A DNA stretch of 47,362 nt, the filler included, from Dirinaria sp. TL-2023a (taxonomy: Eukaryota), in the NCBI GenBank assembly GCA_051941275.1. It is 2 parts of 2 records of this genome, joined end to end, with 100 filler letters (N's around TTAATTAATTAA, not from the genome) between each part and the next. Parts side by side here need not be neighbours in the genome. Positions count along the whole stretch, not along the records: positions 1 to 23,642 come from JAVEBF010000201.1; 1 more part is not named here. One strand, 5' to 3'. The position numbers and the translations under genes were made by a program. The notes under the pieces were generated by a model, which saw only the letters and a list, made by a program, of their open reading frames with translations, made no database searches and had not been told where the DNA came from. Positions 11,344 to 23,742 of this stretch are shown here, piece by piece; position 1 is the stretch's first letter; every line of letters starts with the position of its first letter.

Positions 11344-13553
11344 ATGATGGTCTTCACAGTCAAAGCTCTTGGCATACTTTCGATTTTTGTGCTCTTCAGG
11401 TGCTCTCTCGCACAGCTTACAGGCTCAGTAACGAGTCCTGGCAATCCTTATATAGTTACAATCCAGATTACGAATCCCACGCAAAGTACCATATCGATCC
11501 TTGCCTGGAACAATGTTTCCGACAATACGACACGGCTCCCAGTACTCTTTGATGTTAAAGACGATCTAGGGAATGGAGTACCGGTCGCGTCCACATACGC
11601 CATGCGTGCTGGACTGTCGAGCAGCGATCTATACCCGCTTGCAGCTGGCCAGACCTATTACAGAACCGTAGATCTGAGGCAAATCATGCAGAATCTACCG
11701 AGCGGGCCTAGTATGCCATCTGGCGCTGGGCTGGCTCCCAAAGTTTTCACGATAGCTCCCCCACTCTCGGTCAAAGGTGTCGCTGGCGATGCCTCAGCGG
11801 TTGTAGAGGCTCTTGCTGCGTTAACAGCTAGCCCTCCAACTTTGGGAGATATGGCCACTTCTAATCTTCAAGACATTACCGTTGCATCGACGCCCACAAG
11901 ATTCAGTGCTGTTTTCCCAATACTTGGAGATATTCGTCCATCGTTCATGAGCTCAGGCGACGGCGCGCACGTGGACAGTGATTGCACAGCCCAAAGTCTC
12001 ACACAAATGTCAGATGGCCTTTTCGACGCGGGTGTATACGCAAGATCTCTTGCTATGGCCGCAAATAGTTCGTCAAACCCTTTGTTCCCTTTATTTTTCC
12101 CCGAGTCGGCAAGGGAAAAGGTCCTTGATATAGCTACAGCAGCCGCCAACAGTGTCCATGGTCAAGGCCCTCATGTTGACCTGTACTGCACGAACATTCA
12201 GAATCTTTGTGGGAATCCCAACATTCTAGGCTATTCGTTTACTCCTTCCTTCCTGGGGAATGCCTACATCGTCCTTTGCCCTTCTGCAAGGGCCCTTGGC
12301 AGGGCGCAACTGCCTTGTCAGACAGACTCTCTTAGTAGTGCTACCACATCCCATATACTCATCCATCTTGTCCTGACATTGAACAATGTTGTCAAATCTG
12401 TTATGACTGAATCTTTACATGGACCAGTCGCTTGTCAAAGACTTTCAAATTCAAGTCTTGCAGATCCAACCAGCAATCCTGACTCGTTTGCACAGCTCGC
12501 CACTACGCAATGGGGTTACGGATTCGGCGGATTACCTTACAATGGGCCATCCTGCCTACCTGCCGGCAGCATTAAGCTAGACGTACATAGTAGAGCAGTA
12601 TCAGTCCGTCACGGGAAGACTTTGAGCGAAGCGAAATCGCCTTCACGGAGAGGGCTTTCGTTAAGCGATAAGGATTTCCAGACTCAAATCGCCTTAACTC
12701 AAGACTGCGCAGGATCTGAGTTCTCCATGTTGGAAATCGCGATAGCAAATGCGCAAGCTCTAGCCAAATACGCAAGCAGTGATCTTGGAAGCAAATCAGC
12801 TTCATCTAAAGCTCGGTGGACTACGTATGCACTTGTCTCCATACTTTTTTGAGTAGACCCTTGACTGCTGTCTAGGTTGTTCAATGGTGACAGTTCCATC
12901 AAAAAGCAAGTCCGGAAAGCATATAACAGAGTAGCTAAATGGTGATGACACCATTTCCCAAGTCAAAGGGTTTCCCCTCCACCGATATCACAGGCTAATA
13001 CGTTGTTGCATTTAGGAATACAACAACGCCGTATGTTAGAAACGTTGCATTCCAGTGTGATCCTCTTCGCAAAGCGATATAGTGCAGAGGTAGCGATGGC
13101 GTTTCGATCCGTGTCGTCCCTTTCTACAGTCGAAGAGGCGGAGACTTCTCATTGTTCATTATCTGCCCCGAGTATTTCTACAACCCCATTGCACTAGAAT
13201 GCATCAACCCCACCCATGTTCCCTTTAAGTTGCAACAACTGGCATCGGATCAAGGAGGTTCGATGCTCCATGAACTGCTCCACGTCACTACCTTAAGTCA
13301 CTTGCAGCCTCAGATCAGCGATGGTTCACCAGCTTGCTACGAGTGGAATTGCATGACCCAGAACGCACACGATCGGGAATTGCCTGGGTTTCCGGCCGAG
13401 AAATTACCCGAGAATGTGGCCAGTAATTACGAATACTTTGCATACTCCGCCAGAGCCTCGAGGTCTGACTGCTCGTGGACGGAGTATGCTGGAAATGTCT
13501 GGGGTTCAATCGTCGCATTACATTGGGTGGTCGCTGGGCAGCTCGCCGGATAA
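11344..13553 (+). CDS. Secreted deuterolysin (peptidase M35)-like protein: prodomain, degenerate M35 domain and second M35 domain with HELLH; in-frame TAG at 13080-13082
   Basis: Signal peptide MVFTVKALGILSIFVLFRCSLA and deuterolysin-like prodomain (ITNPTQSTISILAWN). Domain 1 has LYCTN..C..NILGY..IVLCP..ILIHLVLT..NPDSF. Introns 12825-12875 and 12942-13015 keep frame. Domain 2 has FQCDP..IICPEYF..DQGGSMLHELLH..ISD..NVASNYEYFA. Confidence 0.7.
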
Positions 13554-15562
13554 AACACTCAGTCCTTCCACCTACGTGTTGAACCACCAGGTGGGAGGCT
13601 GGAGTTCATGCTACTAGGAGACAGCGTATCCCCGACTGTTACCCTTGCGAAATTCGAAGCATATCTATCCGTTCAACGCAGGGACAAATGCTCTCAGCAG
13701 AGTCTCAGAGAATCCTTCTCCTGGCCCCTTAAGCTCACTAGCGATAGATCTCATGTGGCCTTGAATTTTGCTATGTAGCCCTCACTCCAGCTCACACTTA
13801 AGGAGTGGACCATGGCCTTTGACAGACAAATTTTATAGCCACTGATAGTACTTTGAATATCCATTCCCGTACTGTTGATCACCGAGTCTGTCAAGGTCAT
13901 GGTCATCGCTAAGATAAGCCCTAAAGTATCACCGGCCCGAGGCGCCGGCTCCTCCTTGGTCCCCTCGGTCTAGGGTTCCCGCTAAACCTGTACCTCTCGT
14001 CCGAGGGCTCTGTAAACGATGTAAAACGCTTCCATCATTATTACTTTACTTCGCCTCCTTCACGCTCAACTGTTTGATTGGGAATGCTGATCATGTCATT
14101 GGCTCGGTCGTCGCTTTGAAATGAACTTCCACAAGATGATACAATTTACTACAGTCTCCATCGCTACACTGCTGATTCCCTCCACCGTCCAAGTGTCCTC
14201 ATCCTGCCGCGTGTACCCTATCTCCCTGTACTGCATACGCGTACTCTACTCCGGGTCAACCCATGTTCGCGAGTGCCCTGCTCAGGCCTTCTCGTGCGAT
14301 GCCAGATAAAGAGGTGCGAAGAGAATTATCAATGAGGATTGAGACCATTAGGTGTCCCCCATCGACGAAATTTTTCCGGATCTGTCGCTCAGGAAAGGCT
14401 GGTGGTGGCAGTGCAAGATGCCGTTGCTGCAGACCTGCTAAAACGAAACAGAAGTACTTTAGTATATCAACTACATGTACCTTACCTGACTGTCTTCCAT
14501 GTTAGCTGATCATTGGCTCGTGCTAAGCTACCTTACCTTACATGTAGTCTGTCCCAGTGGATAGAAAAGCTGCAGCAGCAAGTCGGACCGAGAGCGCCAA
14601 GCGAGTCTGGGTTCAAATCGAAGCTCTCTCTTATCCCTACACCTTCTTCTTTTCCTCCTCCAGGTTCTCTTCGCTACTCCTGCTATACCTTCATGTTGCT
14701 ATTGATGTCTTTGCTACACCATTGCTATGTTGGCATCCTTTGCTGTGGACATATTGAGCGGTAAAGCGGAGGTGCAGGCATAAATCTAGGTGACGTTCTT
14801 GGTTAGGCTTACCGTCCGAACTATTCTGTCATGCGTGAGGTTGGTCTTGACCGTCCTGCGTAAGGCATGCCTTCGCCGAGCAAAAAAAAAACAAGGTGAT
14901 GACCGAAAGATTACAGAGCAAGAGGCACAGCTGTGGCTGGCCTATTACCTTTGTCCGCTACCTTAGGTTTCTTAAGGTACCTACCCCAAATGCACCCTTT
15001 GGAGTTAGCGTGAGCCACCAAAGGCCGGGACCCGAATGGTGCATTATTGAATGTTAATGGCCACTTGGCCAGGTAGGGAGCAGACACCGAGATACCTGTA
15101 CACTATGATGGAATAACAAGGTAGTGACTGCAGCCGAGAAAGCTTGACTGCGAAACAACCACGCTCCTTCAGACGTTCTTTCTCCCCTATTCGATGCAGA
15201 ATTCGGCACGTTTACGCCTCAAGGCTGAGGAAGTCGTCGTAATCTTGAGACGTCACATACGGCGCCAATTGGACCCCACCGAGTCCTCGAGCTTCTCGGG
15301 GTGATTCTTTGTGGATTGAAAATGAACAATGCTTCCCCTTCTCTTCATCGTGTACTTCCTGGTGCAAGCTTGTTCACCAACATTTTCTGCGGCCCCCACA
15401 TTTCCTCAGTGTCGGGCCCATTCCTATTTCAGTAGATCTCGTAAATTCTTCAGGCATTACGTTCTCGTCAAGTCGTAGCCTGCTAGTCTGTAGCGGTTGT
15501 CAAGTCGTTCCAGTTTTACTACCCATTCAGTTCACTCCTATCAGCCGGTTGAGCTTCAAGAA

Positions 15563-17116
15563 ATGAGGCTGTTATTTCTCTCGGTGGCTGTCGGCCTGGG
15601 TATAACGTGTTACCTTTGACCGAATGCATTCATGACTAACCAAAACAGCTACGGCTTCACAGGTACAGATAGCTTCCTTTTGCGCTACCAGCGATGTATG
15701 CTACAAAGTCAACGTGCCCGACGCCAGTGCATCAAGCGGCAATGGCGATCTATATTTCCAAATGCAGGGGCCGTCATCGATGCAATGGATTGGCCTTGGT
15801 CAAGGCGGCAGCATGAGCGGCTCAAACATCTTCATCATTTACGCTGACTCGACTGGCTCAAACGTCACCCTATCTCCAAGACTTGGGAAGGGAGAACGCG
15901 AGCCGAATTTCGACAATCAGGCCCAAGTCTCATTACTTGATGGATCGGGTATTGCCAACGGTAAAATGACTGCTAACGTACGATGTACGTCGCAAGTCCT
16001 GGTTCTTCAATCACCATGCCCTAACACTACGAATATTAATGTTCTAACAAAACTTAGGCTCAAACTGTGCCTCTTGGGATGGCGGGTCAATGGATTTCTC
16101 CTCGAGCAAAACCGACTGGATCTGGGCTGTCAAGTCTGGCTCTGCTCTTTCCACGAATTCTCAATCTGCCAATCTCCAGCAGCATTCGTCTTACGACAGC
16201 TTCCACTTCGATCTCACCAAAGCTCGTGGTGGAAATTCACTCAATCCCTTTGTGGACACCACAGCTACAGCAACGACTGCAGCAAGCGCCTCTCCGAGCG
16301 CCTCTGCGAGCGCCGGTAGCTCTGGTGATAGCCAAGGTGCCCAGGGCGAGGGTGGTGGTAGCGAATCTTCGGATGCCGAGGCATCGATTGCTTCAGATTT
16401 TGCTAAACGTAGAAAAGCGGTGATTGCTCATGGAACCATCATGGGCCTTGCATTCGCACTCCTCTTTCCAACGGGATCGATCCTCATGCGGCTGTTCTCC
16501 TTCAGAGGCTTGGTCTGGGTTCATGCTGCTTTCCAGGTCTACACATATGTCATGGCGCTTACAGGTTTAGGTCTTGGAGTCTATATTGCGGTGTGGCCGT
16601 CCGAGGTGCATTACGTACGTCTACGCCTTTGCGCGCCGCCCGAGTTCGTTGATATTGAAGCTGATGAACGCACAGATTGGCACATATCATCCCATCATTG
16701 GTATAATCGTCATTGGATTGCTCTTGCTCCAGCCAGTCCTTGGTCTGGTCCATCATTCCATCTTTAAAGCTCGCCATGTTCGCACCCTTTGGGCTAGTGC
16801 CCATGTATGGTACGGCCGGATTGTCATTACACTCGGAATAATCAACGGTGGTCTTGGCTTCAAATTGCGTAACAATACCACCGGCGGCAAAATTGCCTAT
16901 GGGGTAATCGCCGGAGTGATGTGGTGCATTTGGATGCTGGTTGTGATCTCGAGTTACTACAAGAGATATAGAAAAGAGGATGACGCTGGGAGGAGGAACG
17001 CAGAGAAAGGCGTCCGAAGACTGAATGGGAGCGGTAGCAGTGACGGCTCTAAGGAGAGTCGCTATTGGCATGAAGAGAGGAGTGGGAGGGCGGGAACGAG
17101 CGAAAATCAGGCATGA
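15563..17116 (+). CDS. Cellobiose-dehydrogenase-type cytochrome (DOMON) domain fused to a cytochrome b561-like membrane domain
   Basis: Signal peptide exon 15563-15599. Motifs DLYFQMQGPSSMQWIGLGQGGSMSGS (heme Met), VTLSPRLG, RCSNCASW and LQQH (heme His), then a Ser/Ala linker and TM helices with His residues (IAHG, WVHA, YHPIIG, LVHH, AHVWYGR). Three introns. Confidence 0.88.
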
Positions 17117-18470
17117 GTGGCTGCAGAAAGTCACGTAAAGTGGTGGACGGATTAGTCAAAATCGAGATATTTTGGAACTACCTTGGTAGGCCTACTACAA
17201 TTTAGCAGGATTAAGTCCGCAATATCTCAAAGATTCGTGATCAATGGACGGAGCAATTTAGGCAGCCCACATCGACGTCAATCAAATCCGTTGATGACAT
17301 AGATAATCTGTCGTCAACCGATGCTGAGGTGAGGTGTGGCATTATCGAGAGCTTATGTTATTGATATCCACCTTCCTGAATCCTACATCTACTTCTGTTC
17401 TCTCCTTTCACGAACTTGAGAAAAATCAACGCAACTCGCTGCTCTGGTTGATCAACCGGCCTGAACACTCAATTCTCGAAATAAGCCTATCGAGATGAGC
17501 AGCTACTATTATGAATTATGATGTAAAATGGGCTGATGAGTGAGTAAGATCTATGATTACGGAAAACCCCCTCTTCAACTCCGGCTTTTGATGTCCTAGG
17601 GGTCTTTTCAGTCTTGGATATGGATTGTTCGTTTGTTGAATTGATTGCTGCGGGGTTCCAACTTGCGCGCTACGGTAACGGTACGAGCGAGCATCTTGGC
17701 TTACAGTGAGATGTAGCTTATGATCAACGGCTCGTTGAGGAATTTTGCTTTCATTTTTCTCCTCATGCTTGCAGCAAGAAAAGAGGGGTTTGCGGTAGGT
17801 GTAGTCCACTCAACGTTCAACCACGACATATCGAAGCGCCTGCATTAGGACTGTGTTTATGGATGGATGCAATATGAGCTGTCAAGCTTCGCAGGTTGGC
17901 CACTGTGCCTGTGACTGCAGGGGAACCCTGGTGTATATTGGCTCCGAATTTCTGATGGTGCTTGGTGCGGCTGGATCGTTTTTCCCGCCCCGCCATCTGA
18001 TATCCCGCGGTTTGGCTTCGAGCTCCTTGAAACAACTCATAGTTTTACCATCCACGCTTTTTCCTTCCTCCCTCTTTTTGTTGCCCTTCCCTCGAGCTCC
18101 AAAGCTCCAGGATGCTCAATCATGATTGGCGCTCTAATGTCTTGCCCGTCGAATTTCCTTTGTTTGTTCCTGCACCCCGCGTTTTTGTCTGCAGAAACGT
18201 CGGCAGTAGTCTGATTTCCACCCCTTTGCTACGGCATCAGAGATGATCTTCCTCGGGGAGGCTCGAAATATGTAGATGAGACGGCGGTTATCATAAGACC
18301 CGAGGATTCCGTCTGTTTCTATTCCACCGCCATTGTTTGATCTCTTACACTTTTTGTGGGACCTTGGTCCACTTACGCTCTTTCCACATAAGTAGCACTT
18401 GCTGCAGACGTTCATTATTGACTCCAGTAGCAATTCTTCTTGCTATTCCATTCTTTTACGCTAGCCCTAA

Positions 18471-20189
18471 ATGTTGTTCTATCCCCATCTTCTCCTGGCT
18501 GGTGCCTCTTTCGCCAGCGCCTCCGTGATCCGCCGTGCGGACCCGCCGCTGCAAAGTATCCCAGCCACTGCTCAAGCAGATAACACCTTTAACAATGGCG
18601 CCGCGAAGCAAATGATGCCGGATGACACTTCAGACCCGGTACCGGATGTCTACGGCGCGCGGTCCATTGACCTCCCTTTTGGTCGCCTCTACCATGGCAC
18701 TATGAAATTCTTTTCAACAGGCCAGCTGAACACCCCCGACGCGAACACAGACGAGTGGCCGGGCGAGCATCCGGGAGTTGTCGACTCCGCAAAACAAAGT
18801 GCTTGTGGCATTCCCGACAATGCCTTCTTGACATCTAAAGTTGCGATTCATCCTTACTTTCTGAAGTATGCCGACTTGAGCCGTAAGTAAAGCGCGTGGC
18901 TTGTGAAACCCTGGCCAGCAATCGTATGCTGAGACTTCTTGCCAGGATACTGTATGCAAGATGTCTGTATAAGCTTCTGGAATGGCAAGCAGGCTGGTCA
19001 GGGACAATCGGATATGATGCTCAAGGTTACCGACGTGTGCAGCACCGATCCTAGTGACCCCACCCACTGCGAGAAGCCTGGAGACATTAAGATCGACAGA
19101 ACGAAATGCCACCTCATGGAAGGAGCGAGTGCTGGGCCAACGGACGGCAACCAATACAACGACGGTGAAACCTGGTGGTTTTTCACCAAGTGCTGGGCTG
19201 ATGTAAATTTTTGTATCCAGTGCGCAGTGCTGACCATGATGCTGACACATTGTTTCCAGGGTTTGGTCCAACCTGCTTACAAAGATAATTGGTTCGCGCA
19301 GCCAGCGCTGCCAAATAATCTCAAATGGTCTCAAGGTACTGTGACTCAGCAAATGCTGAACAACAATATTTCCTACCCGCAGCACCAGCCTGCCTGGTCC
19401 AAGTATCCCAACGGTGCTTATAACCCGCAGTATGATAGTTATATCTCTCCCCCTATTGCGGACTGGAGTCCGGGCCAGCCGGACCCCACATGGTGCCCAG
19501 TGGCTGGGGGGAAGGGCTGGGGTAACCCTACTGGGAACTGCGCAGGAAACTCAGGCTCCGGTTCTTCCGGTACATCTCAACCATCACGATTTACAAACAA
19601 TACGTCTACTCTGGACCAAAGCTCTCCCGCAGGAAATAGTTCTTCCGGCGTGTCTCAAGCATCACCACCGTCAGCAAGCACTCCACAGGATGAATCGAAC
19701 GACAGCACTACAACCAATACGAACGCTCCCGTCCAAAGCTCTCCTGTAGAAAACACGCCATCTTCTTCGACATCCGGCACTGTCGTACCTGCAAGCTTCG
19801 GAAACGGCACTACTTCGCAAATTGGTGGTGGACAAGGCCAGGCAGCTCCAAGTGGGAACCTGAACGACAAGCAAGAGCAATCAGTCGGAGGTGAGGGCGC
19901 GGGGTCACCGGAATCGTCCGTATTTGGGGGTCAAACAGGTAGTGGACAAGAGCAGCCAGCTTCGAATGAGAACATGAACGACAAGCAAGAGCAAGGAAAT
20001 GGAGGTGTCGGTGCTGGGTCTCTGGAATCGACCGCATTTACAGGTCAGTCCAGTAGTGGACAAGAGCAGGCAGCTCCAAGCGAGAACGTGAACGACAAGC
20101 AAGAGCAGTCAGTCGGAGGTGAGGGCGCAGGGTCCCTAGGATCGTCTGGATCCGCGGGCCAGGACGAAGACGATACATGCGAATCGTGA
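18471..20189 (+). CDS. Secreted Cys-rich protein with a probable RlpA/expansin-like double-psi beta-barrel and a Ser/Gly/Gln-rich repeat tail
   Basis: Signal peptide followed by an RR dibasic site. The pattern SACGIP..KVAIHP..YCMQDVCISF..MLKVTDVC..DIKIDR resembles DPBB proteins (inference). Introns at 18883-18945 and 19203-19259. Confidence 0.65.
19830..20160 (+). repeat. Coding tandem repeat, 114-nt (38-aa) unit, about 3 copies
   Basis: AACGACAAGCAAGAGCA (NDKQEQ) starts at 19863, 19977 and 20091, an exact 114-nt period. Confidence 0.9.
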
Positions 20190-21213
20190 CTTTAATCAAA
20201 GCAGACCATGGAATTGGGGTCATTAGCGGAAGCTCAAGGCAAGCGAGAGGCTGGCCTCTTCATGTCTTTCTTTGGGAGACGGGGGTATGATCTACGCAGA
20301 GCAATCTTTGGCCACTTGAGTGACCATAATATCATCGATAGTCTTCGAAGCAGCAAGGTACTCTGACAGAGTCAATCGTTCAGGCTGATACTTTTCACGT
20401 AGTGAGGGGCATAGTGGAGAAATCTAAGAGAATAAGGTGCCCAGCCGTGGCGGGCCATCCACCTAACCCACTGACTTTCAGAATCTCCCAGATGCTCGAT
20501 TGATGGGCGAATGGAACTGAATGATGTTTTCAAGACTCGCAGTTCAAACATCTTGTACATTGATCTTTGAGCAACGGAAGTGATAAAGATGGGGTTTCTT
20601 TAGGGTTGCAGCAACGCTGGCGCTTAGTGCGGGTGAAGAAGCGCTCCAATGGACAGCTTTATGCGCTGGTTCTAACAGCATGCCAGGATGGAGGATGCGA
20701 TCCTGCAGGCTCAGTGCATGCAGGAGTGCCGAGTGGTTTATTCAAGCTCCTTTTTAGAAGCCAATGAAATGTCTGGGACGTCCGATCTTGCTTCTCGTAA
20801 ACATGCAGGTACGGAGTACCTCCGTGAAGCGGTGCAAGCTTATGCAGCCTAACTTTGGGGTTGGACCTGTACGAAAGAGCGATTTCATCTCTCTTTCTCC
20901 CAAGCAGCAATATCTTAGTGCGGCGGCTGTGTCAAACCTCCATGGACGACCCATAAGCAGAATCGTCCATAATGGACGATTGCTCCGAGTTGCTGGCTTG
21001 GCTAATAAGCAGCGGCTGAGCATGAGTACCTACCTTGGCACGTAGAAGCCGTGGAGCTACTATTCGGAGCTCTGCCTTCTTAGATGCGTCGAAGGATTCC
21101 AAACAGTTTACGACCATGTTGTTAAGTGTAAAAAAAAGCTCTCTCGCCTTCTTCCTTTCCGTTTTCTATGTTCTGTGTAATACTTTCGTTGATTGCATCT
21201 GAAGTCCAGCATT

Positions 21214-23642
21214 ATGTATAATATTTGGCTTTTTGTAAATATTGTCTCTTCTTTGATTCTGATCTTAACGCCTGGCATTGTTGCTCCCGGTAAGTCTGAA
21301 GTTTTCGTACATGTTGTAGACCTAATATCCGTCTCGTTGTTCCACAAGATTTCTCCTAGCATGGACTCACTGTTACTCCCAGCTGTTCCTTTGGACGGCT
21401 CCACTTCCATCCCACTAGATGGCTTGAACTCCACGGTTCCCACTGCATTCAATGTCACCAGCCTCCATTCGCTTCCATCTTCCACAGGGTCACTCTATGG
21501 ATCATACAGTTACTGGAATTATAGACAAACACCGCCTTCTGGCTATCACGTTCCCACTTTGTGCTTGGCCACCCATGGAGATGTGGCCCCCATGCAACCT
21601 ACGGAGACGAGGACAGGGCTCCCAGCATGGTCGTCATGTGAGAGCCACTACATATCGTGGTTCGATAGTGTCACTGGCTTTAGGAGGCCTAGCACGCGCG
21701 GTATACCTGGAACCACACACCTAGGAATCGAGAATCCGGAAACAGCATCGTATAGTATGCCTCCAGCCTGCAGTTCATTGTGTACAATCAGCGCTTCACG
21801 AGTCCAGCTGCTATTCTGGCCTACGCCGTATGCATCGTCTGGGGTCAATGCGACAATAACTTCAGCGCCTACCCCGAGGATATCAGTTGGACCCGATGGT
21901 TATACCTTCAGCTCTCCATCAGCCTACATCATTTACTCGGGGCTATCTGCTTTTGGTCTCAATGGAAATGTGGGCGGGTCTTACGACAATGTCACGCAAG
22001 CTTACGCCCCAACTGCATTGAGTACTATATACTCCTGCAGCTGGCCGTTCTACCAAACATCACGGATTAATTTCCAGGACTTCAATGTTCCGCCTCGATG
22101 GAGCGTCATTTCCGCACACCAAGGGTGCGATGTTTGTGGTCAGCAATACCAGTATTCTGATCAACAGCCAGGGGATGCGTTGGTCACGAGCTACGCCAAT
22201 ATGAATTTTGATCAAATTCCCTGGTTAGGACCCGGTCATTCCTCATGGACACTTCAACCAAGTATAGCTGCACCAGCAGGAATTACAGATTTAGATCCTG
22301 CATGGAAATACTGCACGTCACTATATCAAGGGATCTGGGACCCACCCCGGACACTTACGCCTGTAGCTGGGATGACACCAACGGCCACTCCCGATCCAAA
22401 ACCAGATCCTGAAGCCGATCCTAAAGCCGATCCTGGAGTTTCTCCAACACCTGCTCCAAGCGCAGCACCTGCCTCGACGCCGAAAAACCCTCTGCCAGCT
22501 CCAACAAGCGTTCCAGCCAAGGCTGATCCAGACACCAGCAACCAAGCGACATTGCCTTTGCCAGGGCAACCTTGGACCTCAACTCATAAGTCCCAGGATC
22601 CTCAACCAGCTCCAGTCGCTCACGGAACACACGTAGAACCTCCAACCCACGCTTCTGCTGCGGTGCAACTCCCGGAAAGCCCGGCAGACCCACCAAATGA
22701 TCCTGCTGAATCGGGTTCTGGAATGCACGAAGGCTCGCAATCCAGCCCATCACATAAGGCCCCGTCTAATTCCGAAGGAGATGCCAAGGACAAGCCGTCT
22801 GCACACACACCATCAGATGCCCCGGATGAATCAGGGCAAGGATCGGGTACGAACCGGCCGCACGGAACCAACGTTGACCCAGCGACACCAAAAGCCCCGG
22901 ACCCAAAAGTACAGGCTACCGCAGATATCAGCGACAGCTCAAGCAGTGGCCACTCGCCTGCCCATGCAGATAACGCAGACCCCGCGCCATCTCCATCCCT
23001 ACCCTACGTTCATCTGTCAGCTCCTCACCAATCTGACCATCGGTTTGACCAGCCGATTCCTGCAGCAAGCAATGGAATCACATCTCCTCAGCATCCGAAT
23101 CCATCATACGCTCCGAGCGTCAAGCCTAGCATCGGCATAGTTGCAGCAGGCCACACATTCACACCACTGAACGCAGGCACAGTGATTGCTCATAGCATGA
23201 CATTATCAATCGGCGGGAAAGCCATCACCGTGAAAGGCAGTAAATTGTCCATGGGTACTGCCGGGTTAGAAGTTGGCACTTCGACCATAGCTATCCCAAG
23301 CCCTGGCTCAGATCCTCTGCGAGGGGCGAAGGCTGCCGTCGTATCAAACACCCCTGCAGTGTTTACAGCCGCGGGAGAAACCATGACCTTAATTGCTCCG
23401 AATCAGCTCCTCGTCAACGGCGTAACCATCAGCAAAGGATTACCTGTAACCACTGTCAACGGAAACGACCTCTCGTTTGGGACAGCCGGTCTCGTAATCG
23501 GCACATCGACTGTCGCTCTTCCATCCGAAACCGCTGAAAACGTCCACCCACCACAATCATTCACAGAAGCTGGCGAAATTCTCACTCCCCTCGCTGGCAA
23601 CAAGCTACTAATAAACGACAAAACACTCACAGCAAATTCCCC
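21214..23642 (+). CDS. Mucin-like or cell-surface protein with a Cys-containing N-terminal domain, Pro/Ser/Thr-rich stalk and short beta-type repeats; 3'-truncated by the gap
   Basis: ORF of more than 800 codons. Hydrophobic N-terminus from ATG 21214 (start uncertain), CTISASRVQLLFWP, DGYTFSSPSAYIIY, ITDLDPAWKYC..GIWDPPRTLTP, then repeats such as LSMGTAGLEVGTSTIAIP and LSFGTAGLVIGTSTVALP. Confidence 0.75.
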
Positions 23643-23742
23643 NNNNNNNNNNNNNNNNNNNNNNNNNNNNNNNNNNNNNNNNNNNNTTAATTAATTAANN
23701 NNNNNNNNNNNNNNNNNNNNNNNNNNNNNNNNNNNNNNNNNN
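23643..23742. other. Artificial contig-joining spacer N44-TTAATTAATTAA-N44
   Basis: Exactly 100 nt and symmetric. The central 12-mer places a stop in all six frames. Confidence 0.97.

Noticed and set aside
13600..15500. Short ORFs in a long intergenic region
   Set aside because: No recognisable domain and no coherent splice chain found.
17289..17319. Imperfect hairpin downstream of the DOMON-b561 gene
   Set aside because: Short and bulged, and compatible with chance.
20372..21117. Overlapping short ORFs and a 10-bp-arm palindrome AATCGTCCAT-A-ATGGACGATT (20961-20981)
   Set aside because: No family recognised and no TIR/TSD pair. A single short palindrome is insufficient evidence.
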